Shown here piece after piece: positions 1 through 10,225 of a stretch of DNA of 64,000 bases. Under the pieces are notes generated by a model. That model worked only from the letters and a program-made list of their open reading frames with translations. It was not told the origin of the DNA and did not search any database. The DNA comes from Candidatus Heimdallarchaeota archaeon (GTDB taxonomy: Archaea; Asgardarchaeota; Heimdallarchaeia; Heimdallarchaeales; Heimdallarchaeaceae), in assembly GCA_021399395.1 (NCBI GenBank), contig JAAFKJ010000047.1, forward strand, positions 8,447 to 72,446, in the 5' to 3' direction. A program made the position numbers and the translations under genes. The number at the start of each line of letters is the position of its first letter. The first letter of the stretch is position 1.

Positions 1-1773
1 TAGTTCATCTACAAACCTTTCATATTGTTTCATACCTAGTTTCCAGAAGTCTGGTTTGGTAATATCCAACCCCATTATTTCACCAAATTCTTTTGGTGAT
101 TTGCTGCTACCAGATTTTAGAATTTCTTTTAATTTTGGTATGAAACTTTCTCCTTCATCTAAATACAGCTGATACATAGCATACACAAACATTTGAGCAA
201 AGACGTATGGATAATTGTAGAACCTGAAATTTGACATGTAATAGTGTGATTTCATTGTCCACTCCCAATCCATCTCCTCAAACCATTCAACTGTGTCCCC
301 GTAGATTCTATCTCTTGATGTTGTCCAAAGTTCTGAGATTGTCTTTCCATCCAATAGTTTTCCAGCTTTTATAGCATCATACATACCTTGTTCAAACCAA
401 ACACGAGCACTTACTTGGAAAGTAGCCATCCCCGCTCCATCCAGAACTCTACTTAGAATTGCTTTTTTCTCTTCATTTGTTTCTGCTTTTTCTAATAGAA
501 GGTCAGTTACTAGCAACTCACCGAAGATTGAAGCTACTTCAGCAATTACCATTGGATATCGAGTATTACTAAAGGTCTGTTCTCTTGTAACTAGATATCC
601 GTGAACAGCATGTCCCAATTCATGAGCTAGAGTATAAATATTTGATAATGCACCAGTAAATGTTTGTAAGATATAGGAAGTCTTTCCATTATACCAAGTT
701 GAACAAAAAGCTCCATTTCGTTTTCCAAATCTAGGACTTGCATCAATGTGATTACGTTCAAACATGTCCTTGGCAGTCGAATAGAAGCTTTCATCGAATT
801 TCCCATATGCCCCCAATATTATTTCTTGAGCCTGTTCCCAGTTATACTTTATATCAGGAGAATCTAAGAGGGGAGCTACTACATCTTCACACCCTAATTT
901 TGGTAAATCAAGTTGTTTTGCTTTTAACTTCAAGTATCTTTGGTAAATTCCCACATGCTCTTCTATTGCAATCATTAAATTGTCGATTGTCTGCTGATCA
1001 ACATCATTTGCGAGTAGACTCTGGTGCATTGGCGAATCATATTTTCTTCTTTCCGAGATTTTTACCCAATCTCCACATATACTTTGCATTGCAGAAGAAA
1101 ATAGCTCTTGATCCCTTCCTAACAGACCGTATATAGCTTTATTTGCTGATTTTCGAGTTGCTTTATCTGGGTGACCAAGGAGTCCATTAGCTTCTCCATA
1201 CGATAAAGATTTGAGTTCTCCTTCTACCTCTACATCAAACTTTCTCGTGTTTAACCATTTAGCTTGTAATTGCTGCCAAGCTACGATACCGTGCTGATCC
1301 TTTTCTAGTATAATCTGTTCTTCAAGTTCTGTTAACTTATGTGGATGAGCTCGTAGAATTCTTTCAATTGTATGTTTATAGTCAGCTAATATTGAATCTT
1401 GTAGAATATCTTGATTTTCATAAACATATTTGCTAATCTCTAATTCTAAGAAAGCTAATTTCTTCCTTATTTTAGTCGAAAACTCTTCTGTTTTATTCTG
1501 AAGAGCTCTAAATTCTGCATTAGTCATATTTCCAGCAAAAGATAATCTAGCAAATTGGTTTAACTCAGCCAAATCTGAAAAAAACTTCTCTTGTAACTGA
1601 AAGAGTTTGTGTAAATCCTCATGACTGAAATCAGATACATTGATTTTCCCCTTATATTTTTGAATCATATCTTCCGATCTCTTCTCTAAATCTACTATTG
1701 TTTCTTCTATTTTGGGGTCAGTTGTTCCTTTATATATCTCACTGAGATCCCAAGCAATTTCCTCTTGAGTCAT
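1..1773 (-). CDS. pepF: Oligoendopeptidase F (peptidase M3B), 3' end runs off the window
   Basis: Not in the ORF track. Manual translation from ATG 1773 gives MTQEEIAWDLSEIY; zinc motif AHELGHA near 605-627 and M3B-type segments GKRNGAFC and FYNYPYVFA. Confidence 0.9.
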   Translation of the reverse strand, partial: MTQEEIAWDLSEIYKGTTDPKIEETIVDLEKRSEDMIQKYKGKINVSDFSHEDLHKLFQLQEKFFSDLAELNQFARLSFAGNMTNAEFRALQNKTEEFSTKIRKKLAFLELEISKYVYENQDILQDSILADYKHTIERILRAHPHKLTELEEQIILEKDQHGIVAWQQLQAKWLNTRKFDVEVEGELKSLSYGEANGLLGHPDKATRKSANKAIYGLLGRDQELFSSAMQSICGDWVKISERRKYDSPMHQSLLANDVDQQTIDNLMIAIEEHVGIYQRYLKLKAKQLDLPKLGCEDVVAPLLDSPDIKYNWEQAQEIILGAYGKFDESFYSTAKDMFERNHIDASPRFGKRNGAFCSTWYNGKTSYILQTFTGALSNIYTLAHELGHAVHGYLVTREQTFSNTRYPMVIAEVASIFGELLVTDLLLEKAETNEEKKAILSRVLDGAGMATFQVSARVWFEQGMYDAIKAGKLLDGKTISELWTTSRDRIYGDTVEWFEEMDWEWTMKSHYYMSNFRFYNYPYVFAQMFVYAMYQLYLDEGESFIPKLKEILKSGSSKSPKEFGEIMGLDITKPDFWKLGMKQYERFVDEL

Positions 1774-1838
1774 TTCTATTCAAAACGAAATGATATATTA
1801 CTAATAAAAAAGTTATCTGATTTACTGAAGTCAGTTAT

Positions 1839-2945
1839 TTATTCAAGATAATAGTTTTTTTCTTCATAGATGAATCCTTTGATGTTTTCACCAATTTCCT
1901 TGTTGAGTGGTAAGCGTTTCAATACATCATCATAATTTTCATAATTGTCTAGTGCCATAATTGTAGCATTGACACCATCAGAGGAAACAAACATATATTC
2001 TCGACTTACAACTGAATCGCTTTTCTTTAATCCACGGTCTTTAATTCTTTTTCTATCAAAATTCTTCATCTCACGGTTTTCAAGTGATTCCAGCCTGATT
2101 TTCGCTTCAGTTATGTTTTTTACAACCCAGAAAATACCTTCAAATTCGAGTATGTCTCCAGAAGTATATTGTGGGAGTCTTACTAGGTAGGTGTTTTGGT
2201 AAAGATCGGTACCATCCCTTGATTTAGTTTTCAACTCATAAGCAACAGTTAATTTTCCAGCTGTAATGCTTTTTATTTCTCTCGCCATGGTTTCAGCAAG
2301 ATATTTTGTACTAGTTTTGCATGTTATTCCATCTTTATCTGCTTCATAATCAAGAATATACATCATCTTAGATTCTTCATATTTTTTCATTATCTGATCA
2401 ATATGACTCTCTAATCTTTCAAGTTCTAGCTCACCTAATTTCCTATTGTCAGCCCTGATTTGTAAAATACCCTCAAAGTAGCCTGATTTGTATTTAGAAC
2501 ATTCGTTACAACTCGCTCGAATTAATTTAATCCTAGTTGTGAATTCCTTTTCAAAATCTGAAAATTCCTCAAATGGAGTTGCTGTAACATTTGTTCGAAT
2601 CTCAAACGCCTTTACTCCATAATTCATTATTTTATCTTCTTCGATGTTATCTTCGAACTCACAATCATAAAATAACTCTGTTTGAATTTTCTCTATAATA
2701 GTTCTTCTAACAACTTCCCGAACTATGGGCTCTAATCCTTCTTCTTTATTCCAAGTTGATATACTAGTACCTTGAATTTTTAGATTCCCACATAAAGGAC
2801 AGATTTCTACATTGACCTGTTTAATAATTTCAATATCTAAGGGGTGTTCTTTTTTATAACATGTTTCACAAAGATTGTTTAGGAACGGACCAGTTTTGGT
2901 TCCACATACTGCACAAAAACGACCTCTTTGCGAAATTTTAATCAC
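1839..2945 (-). CDS. nmd3: NMD3 family ribosome-export/biogenesis protein
   Basis: Four CxxC pairs, CxxCSKYKSGYFEGILQIR motif; conserved neighbourhood with DUF424 and aIF2-beta. Confidence 0.9.
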   Translation of the reverse strand: MIKISQRGRFCAVCGTKTGPFLNNLCETCYKKEHPLDIEIIKQVNVEICPLCGNLKIQGTSISTWNKEEGLEPIVREVVRRTIIEKIQTELFYDCEFEDNIEEDKIMNYGVKAFEIRTNVTATPFEEFSDFEKEFTTRIKLIRASCNECSKYKSGYFEGILQIRADNRKLGELELERLESHIDQIMKKYEESKMMYILDYEADKDGITCKTSTKYLAETMAREIKSITAGKLTVAYELKTKSRDGTDLYQNTYLVRLPQYTSGDILEFEGIFWVVKNITEAKIRLESLENREMKNFDRKRIKDRGLKKSDSVVSREYMFVSSDGVNATIMALDNYENYDDVLKRLPLNKEIGENIKGFIYEEKNYYLE

Positions 2946-2989
2946 CTTTTAGTAATTCCTTCCCTACACCAAAATAAGAGTTGTTATCT

Positions 2990-3307
2990 TCAAGTTATTA
3001 AAATTGCATGACCAACTTTCTTTTTTTTATCTTCAGGATATTCCATCCACAATACAGCTTCTTCATGTATCAATCTATTTTTTACTAGAAGTTTTATAAT
3101 TCTGGTTCCTATTACATTTGCCGAGGTACAGCATTTAACAGCATCTAAGAATTCTTTTTCTGTTACAAGTTCATTTCCATAAAATTGAGAAGTTGCTTTG
3201 ATTTTTACACCATTACTGTAAAGTTCTACATCTAGAATTTCTTTATCACAAGCTGCTACAAGTTTCTCTCTTGTTTGTTCTCTTATTTTCATAAAGAAAT
3301 CCGTCAT
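2990..3307 (-). CDS. DUF424 family protein
   Basis: LVAACDKEIL, FYG and ANVIG motifs; typical position between aIF2-beta and nmd3; ATG 3307 preferred over GTG 3319. Confidence 0.85.
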   Translation of the reverse strand: MTDFFMKIREQTREKLVAACDKEILDVELYSNGVKIKATSQFYGNELVTEKEFLDAVKCCTSANVIGTRIIKLLVKNRLIHEEAVLWMEYPEDKKKKVGHAILIT

Positions 3308-3331
3308 CCAAATACACACTCTTCTTTTGTT

Positions 3332-3742
3332 TTACCTTCTTAGAGGTTTTACTGCCATTGATGCTCCACAAGCATCACATCTCTTCCTCAGAATTCGAAC
3401 TTCAGTAACAAGCACTGTATCTGGTTTTCCACATTCACCACAGATAACATATTCTTTGACATATCTCTCTAATAGATTTTGAAGTGTTACTTTTGCATGT
3501 TTTCCTGCAAAAACAGCTCTGGCTCCTTCCATAGTAACTGAAGTTGCTAATTCACCAGCGAAGAATTTAAGGAAATGGTTATCTTCTCTGTTGAGTATAG
3601 TTAAAACATCTCTTATATTTACAATAAATGTCTTATTTCCTTCAATTACGGAACTTATTTTAGGGATTTCTAATCGTGATTGTTCGAATACTTTTTCGGG
3701 GAGCTGTTTTCTTGCTCTATTGTATAGATCATTATAGTTCAT
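3332..3742 (-). CDS. eif2b: Translation initiation factor aIF-2 beta subunit
   Basis: GNKT, ELAT and YVICGECGKPDT...CDACGA zinc ribbon. Confidence 0.95.
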   Translation of the reverse strand: MNYNDLYNRARKQLPEKVFEQSRLEIPKISSVIEGNKTFIVNIRDVLTILNREDNHFLKFFAGELATSVTMEGARAVFAGKHAKVTLQNLLERYVKEYVICGECGKPDTVLVTEVRILRKRCDACGASMAVKPLRR

Positions 3743-3873
3743 TTCCGTACCTCATGTTCATCTGTATCCTATCCTTTTTGTTTGTTTCGTTCTAGAAGTT
3801 TTACGATTTTTCATGATTCCTTTAAACAAAAACTATTTTAACCTTAGGTAGTAGTCTAAATTGAGGTTAGCAC

Positions 3874-4248
3874 TTGAGCAAAAGGAAAAGACCGACTAAA
3901 CCAAAGAAAAAACCAAAAAAAGGTACTGGAGCCAGAAACTGGGTTACAGCTGACTCCGATGCAATTAGAGCACAACTTCCGAAAGAAGGAGAAGTGTTTG
4001 GTATTGTATTACAAATTCTAGGAGCAAGTATTCTTCTTGTTAAGTGCTTAGATGGATTTACAAGACAAATACGAATTCCTGGGAAGTATAGAAAACGAAT
4101 GTGGTGCAGAGTAGGAGATATTGTTATCATCATGCCATTTTACGGAATGAATCCAGATGAAAAAGGTGAACTTGTATATCGTTTCCGTAAGAATGAAGTA
4201 AGATGGTTAGTCAACAACAAACACATCCCTGATGACTTTGTTATGTAA
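3874..4248 (+). CDS. eif1a: Translation initiation factor aIF-1A with basic N-terminal tail
   Basis: LG...VKCLDG.TR..RIPGK.RKRMW...GD.V OB-fold signature; TTG start preceded by GAGGT. Confidence 0.93.
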   Translation: MSKRKRPTKPKKKPKKGTGARNWVTADSDAIRAQLPKEGEVFGIVLQILGASILLVKCLDGFTRQIRIPGKYRKRMWCRVGDIVIIMPFYGMNPDEKGELVYRFRKNEVRWLVNNKHIPDDFVM

Positions 4249-4396
4249 TGGAACAATCCCGTTCACCTCATTTTTAAACATCAACAATAGTTTTATTTAG
4301 TTTCAATTTGTTTTATTTTCATATATCAAGTATTTAATCGCCCCCTTGAGTATTTACTCTTTGCAAACAAAAACTCACTCTCAAAAATAAAATTAA

Positions 4397-5206
4397 GTGA
4401 AAACTATGTCAGACAAAGAAATTGACAGATTTGATGTAAAAGTTGATCAAGAACGTATCCGTGAAAAGGACAGGGATACCCTTAAAGTAATTGAGAGTGT
4501 ATTCGATTTTCAAACTAGTATGTTAATTGTTAAACTTATGAATAAAGGAATCATCAAGGATATAGGATTCTGCATTTCAACTGGAAAAGAAGCTAACGTT
4601 TACCATGGTGTAGGGTATAAGGGGGAAGAATTAGCAATTAAAATCTACCGTACTACAACAGCTGAATTCAAAAGAAACTGGATGTATGTTGAAGGAGACC
4701 CAAGATTCAAGGGGTATAAAAAAGGCACTTATTCTTTTATTTACACATGGGCGAGAAAAGAATACAAAAATCTAAAACGAATGAACAGTGCAAAGATAAG
4801 AGTCCCTGTTCCTATCATTGTTGAGAAGAATGTTCTGGTCATGGAATTCATCGGCAAAAAAGAGAGAGCAGCTCCTCTTATCAGGGAAGTTAATTTAAGA
4901 AAGCCTCATAAAATATATGCACAGGTTATTGATTTCTTTTTCAAACTTCATGAGGATGCTACAATGGTACACGCTGATTTAAGTGAATATAATATCTTAT
5001 TTTATCAGAAAAAACCCATTTTCATTGATGTATCACAAGCAGTTCTTCTTGGACACCCTTATGCACCAGTATTTTTGTATAGAGATATTGCTAACATAAA
5101 CAGATACTTTGGTAGTCTCAGAGTCGATGTTATACCAAATAAAGAACTTTATGAACAGATAACTGGAACAGTTCCAAGTCCAAAAATAATGTCAATGGAA
5201 TTTTAA
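4397..5206 (+). CDS. rio1: RIO1 serine/threonine kinase
   Basis: STGKEANVY, VHADLSEYN and IDVSQAV motifs; aIF1A-rio1-KH synteny. Confidence 0.95.
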   Translation: MKTMSDKEIDRFDVKVDQERIREKDRDTLKVIESVFDFQTSMLIVKLMNKGIIKDIGFCISTGKEANVYHGVGYKGEELAIKIYRTTTAEFKRNWMYVEGDPRFKGYKKGTYSFIYTWARKEYKNLKRMNSAKIRVPVPIIVEKNVLVMEFIGKKERAAPLIREVNLRKPHKIYAQVIDFFFKLHEDATMVHADLSEYNILFYQKKPIFIDVSQAVLLGHPYAPVFLYRDIANINRYFGSLRVDVIPNKELYEQITGTVPSPKIMSMEF

Positions 5207-5217
5207 AAGGTGAAAAA

Positions 5218-5871
5218 ATGTCTAGTGAGTTTCTTGTGAGAGTTCCTTTGGAAAGAGTTGCAGTGCTTATTGGTCCGAAAGGAAGTACTAAGAAGAGAAT
5301 TGAAGAATTAACAGATACAAATTTGGTTATAGATAGTCAAAGTGGAGACGTAATCATATTAGTTGAGGAAGAAGAGCTAGAAGATCCAATAAGCTTATGG
5401 AAGTCCAGAGACATGGTAAAAGCTATCGGGAGAGGATTTAGTCCACAAAAAGCTTATCAGATAAATAATCCAGGATTTGGGTTTGATTTACTCCAACTAA
5501 GAGACTTTGTTGGAACATCACATAATGCCCTTAGAGAAGTAAAATCCAGATTAATAGGAAAAAATGGTAGAACTAGACATATCATTGAACAGACAGCTTC
5601 TTGTTATATCTCTGTTTTTGGAAACACTGTTGGAATTATTGCAGAACAAAGGTCAATTCAAATAATTCGACAGGGGATTATTAGTTTAATAAACGGTTCA
5701 AAACAATCAACCATATACAAATATCTAGAAGAAAAAATGAGAGAGTTAAAGGGAGATAAAGATAAGTTGTGGGTTACAGGGGAGAAGGAAGAGGATTTGG
5801 TTGATATCACTGATCTTGACGAATTGGAAAGGCTGATTTTTGAAGAAGAAGAACAAGAAAATCAAGATTAA
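5218..5871 (+). CDS. KH-domain pre-rRNA processing protein (Dim2/Pno1/Krr1 family)
   Basis: Two KH GxxG loops (IGPKG, IGKNG), AIGRGFSP; follows rio1. Confidence 0.9.
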   Translation: MSSEFLVRVPLERVAVLIGPKGSTKKRIEELTDTNLVIDSQSGDVIILVEEEELEDPISLWKSRDMVKAIGRGFSPQKAYQINNPGFGFDLLQLRDFVGTSHNALREVKSRLIGKNGRTRHIIEQTASCYISVFGNTVGIIAEQRSIQIIRQGIISLINGSKQSTIYKYLEEKMRELKGDKDKLWVTGEKEEDLVDITDLDELERLIFEEEEQENQD

Positions 5872-5889
5872 GAAAATGGATCTGCTGAG

Positions 5890-6528
5890 ATGAATAAGTA
5901 TATCTTTGACCTTCACAGCCACAGTCATTACTCTAGCGACTGTAAGAGTCACCCAAAGGATATAATAAAACAAGCTATCCAACAAAAACTATCTGGAATA
6001 GCAATTACAGATCACAATACAACAAAATTTCATCACCAAAATTACAAAGACAACAGATTACTTATTTTAACTGGAGTGGAAGTTTCTACAAAAAGTGGCC
6101 ATATTATAGGTTTAGGTATTAAAGAGGCCGTAAAAAAGAGATTATCTATTGAAGAAACTATAGAGAAGATAATTGATATGAATGGTTTGCCAATTGCTCC
6201 ACATCCATTTGATTTTACTAGAAAGGGGATAGGAAAGAAAATCTATAGTTTAGAAGAAATTACAGTTGAGACATTGAATGGTTCTTCTCCTTTTGATTAT
6301 TTTAATGAGAAAGCAGAGAAATGGGCAACTCAAAATAATCTTCCAGTAACTGGGGGTTCAGATGCACATCGAATTAAAGATATAGGAATGGCTTACACAA
6401 TCTTTGAAAATGAAGTCAACAACATTGATGATGCTATTGAACAAATACGGAAAAGAAAAACAACTGTTGGTGGAACTCACTTAACTTTAGGTGAAAAATT
6501 TATCAGAGCTTTTCAGATTCACTTTTAG
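5890..6528 (+). CDS. PHP domain metal-dependent phosphoesterase
   Basis: DLHSHS, ITDHN, GVEVST..GH, PHP and GGSDAH motifs. Confidence 0.9.
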   Translation: MNKYIFDLHSHSHYSSDCKSHPKDIIKQAIQQKLSGIAITDHNTTKFHHQNYKDNRLLILTGVEVSTKSGHIIGLGIKEAVKKRLSIEETIEKIIDMNGLPIAPHPFDFTRKGIGKKIYSLEEITVETLNGSSPFDYFNEKAEKWATQNNLPVTGGSDAHRIKDIGMAYTIFENEVNNIDDAIEQIRKRKTTVGGTHLTLGEKFIRAFQIHF

Positions 6529-6558
6529 TATATCCTAAAAGAAGAGCTAGAAGTGGAA

Positions 6559-6714
6559 TTAAAAGGCATTAGTCTTATTCCACATTTCTTCCTTTAATAA
6601 ATCACGAATTGCGACTCTTATACATTCACTTCTGTTAGGGTATCTCTTTTGCCTGACTAGCTCATCAAGATCATGAAGGAACTCATCGGGCAGATGTACT
6701 GTGACCAATTTCAT
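6559..6714 (-). CDS. Small ribbon-helix-helix (CopG/CdrS-like) regulator, 51 aa
   Basis: Below the ORF-track cutoff. Manual translation: MKLVTVHLPDEFLHDLDELVRQKRYPNRSECIRVAIRDLLKEEMWNKTNAF; GAGGTG SD and TTTAAATA box upstream. Confidence 0.88.
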   Translation of the reverse strand: MKLVTVHLPDEFLHDLDELVRQKRYPNRSECIRVAIRDLLKEEMWNKTNAF

Positions 6715-6914
6715 ACTTTTTGCACCTCTGAATTTTCGACTGCAATGTCTATTTAAAGGAGATGTAATATTAGGGAAATATACTTCTCTATTTTCGCATG
6801 TTTTTCTGATATAGCGTTTATGAAATAATAATTGAAGAAAAATGGCTCAGAAAGCCGTATTATATCATCTATGAGTGTTTTACAGATATTACAATATTGT
6901 TTGTAAGTTCATAA

Positions 6915-8966
6915 CTATGCTATACCTGTTCCTGGTGGAACTTTTTTGTCAACATCAAGTAAAATTGGTTCACCATTAATATCTGCAGCCAATAACATTC
7001 CGTCAGATTTTTCACCCATCATAGTTGCGGGTACTAGATTGACTACAACAATTATTTGTCTTCCAACTAGATTTTCTGGTTTGTAATATTGCTTGATACC
7101 AGCAAGAATTTGACGCTTCTCATCCCCAAGATCAATCTGGAGTTTTATTAGGTTTTTACTTTTTTCAATGGTTTCTGCTTCTAATACGGTTGCAACTTTG
7201 AGAGTTACTTTTTTGAATTCATCAAAACTTATTCTTTCCATTTTTGTTTCACTTTTTGGTTTCTTCTTCTTTGCTTTAGATCTTATATCGCCCAGCTTTT
7301 GTTCAACTTCGCTTGCTTTAATTTTGTAAAAGACTGGCTTAATTTTCTCTATCTTCTGACCCACGTTTAGCTCTTCTAAATCAATCTGATCAATCCCCTT
7401 ATCTGGAGGACTTCCCTCAAATCCTAAAGCCAACCAGATCTTTTCTGCAGTTTTTGGCATTATAGGCCAAAGTAATATTGATATTATCTCCGATAATTTT
7501 GCAGAGAGATTGAGTACAGTTGCAGTTTTTTCTTTATCCTTTTTGACTAGATGCCAAGGTTCTTTTGTCGAGAAATATTGATTCCCTAATCGAGCAACAT
7601 TTATTGCAATATTTGTTGCATCTTTAATCTTGAAATTATCCATAGCCATAATATATTCATCAATTCCTTTCTTGATGTTTTCAATCAATGTTTTTTCTTC
7701 TTTGAACAATTCACCTCTCTCAGGTATTTTACCATCGAAATGTTGATTTACAAAAGTGATTGTTCGATGGATGAAATTTCCAGTAACATCATTTAAATCA
7801 ACATTAACGTTTGTAGCGAATACATCCCAATCGAAGAAGAAATCTTTGAGTTCTGCTCTATTAACACTAAGATAATATCGCCAGTAATCAGCAGGAAGGG
7901 TCTCTATAGCTTCATCACACCATATCCCTATACCTTGAGATTTTGAAAATGGTCCTTCCTTGAAATTTATGAAATTTGTAGTTGCTACGGCATAAGGTAG
8001 GGGATAGGGGTCTTTTGTTGCCAGAAGCATAGCTGGGAAGAGTAGTGCGTGAAAGATGATATTATCCTTACCTATGCAAAATACAGTTTTTGTGTTTTTA
8101 TCAAACCAATAATCTTCAAATTTCTCTGGTTTACCTTGTTCCTCAGCTAATAGTTTAACAGTACTAACATAGCCAAGAACATTTTCAAACCAAACATAGA
8201 GAACCTTATTTGCAAATTCATCTCCAAAAATTGGACTAATTGGAATGCCCCAAGTTAAATCCCTAGATATGGGCCTCTCCTTTAATCCTTCATCAATCAT
8301 GCTCAGAAGCTTTTGTTTTGCAAAGCTAGGAATATGAGGGTTTTTTGAAAGAAATTCTTGTAACTCATCAGTAAAGGCAGGAAGATCAAAATACCAATGG
8401 CTTGTTTTCCTAAGCGCTGGGGTCTTTTTACAAGTTACACAATAAGGGTCTTCTAATTCTGTAGGTTTCAGAATCATTTCACATTCAGGATTAGTACATT
8501 GATCGCCTCTTGCTCCCTCATGACCACACTTTGGACATTTTCCTTCAACAAACCTATCTGGAAGGAATCTTTTATCATATTCACAATAAAATTGTTCTGT
8601 TTCTCTTAAATTGAAATAACCATTTTCATGAATTTTTTTATGGAAATCTTGGACAAATGAGATATGAGTAGGATTACTTGTAACAGTGTATTTGTCAAAT
8701 TCAATGTTCCATTCATCTAATAGATGTACAACTTGATTATGATATTTGAGTGCTAACCCCTCGGGAGTTAGACCTTCAGATTCTGCTGCAACCATAATTG
8801 GGGTTCCATGAACATCAGAACCACTAACATAGATAACGTCATGTTTTTTTAATTTATGATAACGAGTAATTACATCACCCCATAATAATTGTGAAAAGGT
8901 TCCTAGATGTGGAACATTATTTACATATGGCCAAGCTGCTGTGATAACCCACTTTTCTTTAGACAT
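6915..8966 (-). CDS. metG: Methionyl-tRNA synthetase with C-terminal tRNA-binding domain
   Basis: AWPYVNNVPHLG (HIGH), SGSDVHGTP, zinc knuckles, FSKS (KMSKS), C-terminal Trbp111-like domain. Confidence 0.97.
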   Translation of the reverse strand: MSKEKWVITAAWPYVNNVPHLGTFSQLLWGDVITRYHKLKKHDVIYVSGSDVHGTPIMVAAESEGLTPEGLALKYHNQVVHLLDEWNIEFDKYTVTSNPTHISFVQDFHKKIHENGYFNLRETEQFYCEYDKRFLPDRFVEGKCPKCGHEGARGDQCTNPECEMILKPTELEDPYCVTCKKTPALRKTSHWYFDLPAFTDELQEFLSKNPHIPSFAKQKLLSMIDEGLKERPISRDLTWGIPISPIFGDEFANKVLYVWFENVLGYVSTVKLLAEEQGKPEKFEDYWFDKNTKTVFCIGKDNIIFHALLFPAMLLATKDPYPLPYAVATTNFINFKEGPFSKSQGIGIWCDEAIETLPADYWRYYLSVNRAELKDFFFDWDVFATNVNVDLNDVTGNFIHRTITFVNQHFDGKIPERGELFKEEKTLIENIKKGIDEYIMAMDNFKIKDATNIAINVARLGNQYFSTKEPWHLVKKDKEKTATVLNLSAKLSEIISILLWPIMPKTAEKIWLALGFEGSPPDKGIDQIDLEELNVGQKIEKIKPVFYKIKASEVEQKLGDIRSKAKKKKPKSETKMERISFDEFKKVTLKVATVLEAETIEKSKNLIKLQIDLGDEKRQILAGIKQYYKPENLVGRQIIVVVNLVPATMMGEKSDGMLLAADINGEPILLDVDKKVPPGTGIA

Positions 8967-9070
8967 TCTTAATCACCTGCTTACAATCTGTTGAAGATGT
9001 TCGATTCTCTTCTCTAGATTTCAGAAAAACTATAAGTTTTTGTGTCTTTTGGAAAGAATGCATTCTTGTT

Positions 9071-10225
9071 TCATTCATTTTTACGTGAAGCAAGATTGAA
9101 ATAAAGTTGCTCAATTTTATCAGTTATTTTTTCAAAGGAAAATTCAGAGCGTATTCTTGGTCTAGCATTTAGTGCTTTTTTGACAAGGCTTTCATAATCG
9201 TCTATCGATTTAAGTATCAATGTCTCAAGAGTTTTTTCATCACCTGCTTTGAATAACAAACCGCTTTTTCCATTTTCTAATAAACGTGGAATATCCCCTA
9301 TTTCTGCTCCAATAACTGGTATCCCCATAGCCATAGCTTCAATTATAGTAGTGGGGGAACCCTCCCAAAAACTAGGTTGTATTAGAATATTAGATTGAGC
9401 CAAAATTTCAGGAACTTGAGAGTGTTCAATAGCTCCAAAGATTTTTACTCTTTTCTCATTTTCAAATCTTGTTTTAAGAGAATCATAGAGAGAACCATAT
9501 CCTACAAACCAGAAGACTGCCTTGTTTGTACGTTTTAATACCCTTTGCACAACCCGAGCATAATATGGAATTCCTTTCCAAGGTTCTAAATCACCTACAA
9601 AAGTTATTATGCACTCCTTCGAATAAACAGGTTCAATTTCTGTAAATAGAAGAGGATCTATTGCATTATTAATTATAGTAATCCTTTCGGGATTTGAGTG
9701 AACAGTTTCCCTAAGTAAAGAAGCATCATAATCACTTACTGATGCTATTGAATCTGCCTGTGAGATTACAAATCGTCCAAGAGTATAATCAAAGAATAAT
9801 TTAGCAAACTCCTTCAAGAAGCCTGTTTTGTAAGGTGGTCTTCCAACTCCCCCATGAACATGCAGAAGCATTGGTATTCTTCTAATAAGTTTAGTTAAGG
9901 CAGCTTGAATTGTTGTAAAATAAATATAGGAATGTACATGAAAAACATCCACATCACCTAATTGAAGCATTTTATGCAGCATAAAACATGCAGGATTTAT
10001 CCCAAAAACGTTCCATGGGCTATAAAATCTATGGACTGTCATATTCTCATGGTATGTTTGGTAAGGGATTTTGGTACTTCGTTTGGTTGTAAATATATCT
10101 AGATGGTGTCCTCTTTTAACTAATTCTTCTGATAGATGACTAACATACCTCTCAGTTCCACCATAGCTTTTTGATCCAAAAAAAGGTGTAACTTGAACGA
10201 TATTTAGAGATTCCATTATATCCAC
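9071..10225 (-). CDS. Glycosyltransferase family 4
   Basis: GGTERYV N-terminal motif; PSFWEGSPTTIIEAMAMG (EX7E). Confidence 0.9.
   Translation of the reverse strand: MDIMESLNIVQVTPFFGSKSYGGTERYVSHLSEELVKRGHHLDIFTTKRSTKIPYQTYHENMTVHRFYSPWNVFGINPACFMLHKMLQLGDVDVFHVHSYIYFTTIQAALTKLIRRIPMLLHVHGGVGRPPYKTGFLKEFAKLFFDYTLGRFVISQADSIASVSDYDASLLRETVHSNPERITIINNAIDPLLFTEIEPVYSKECIITFVGDLEPWKGIPYYARVVQRVLKRTNKAVFWFVGYGSLYDSLKTRFENEKRVKIFGAIEHSQVPEILAQSNILIQPSFWEGSPTTIIEAMAMGIPVIGAEIGDIPRLLENGKSGLLFKAGDEKTLETLILKSIDDYESLVKKALNARPRIRSEFSFEKITDKIEQLYFNLASRKNE

Noticed and set aside
738-1136. 132-aa plus-strand ORF
   Set aside because: Antisense shadow of the M3B peptidase, which has clear catalytic motifs.
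6891-6900. Perfect palindrome ACAATATTGT after metG
   Set aside because: Short and AT-rich, so expected by chance; no second copy seen.
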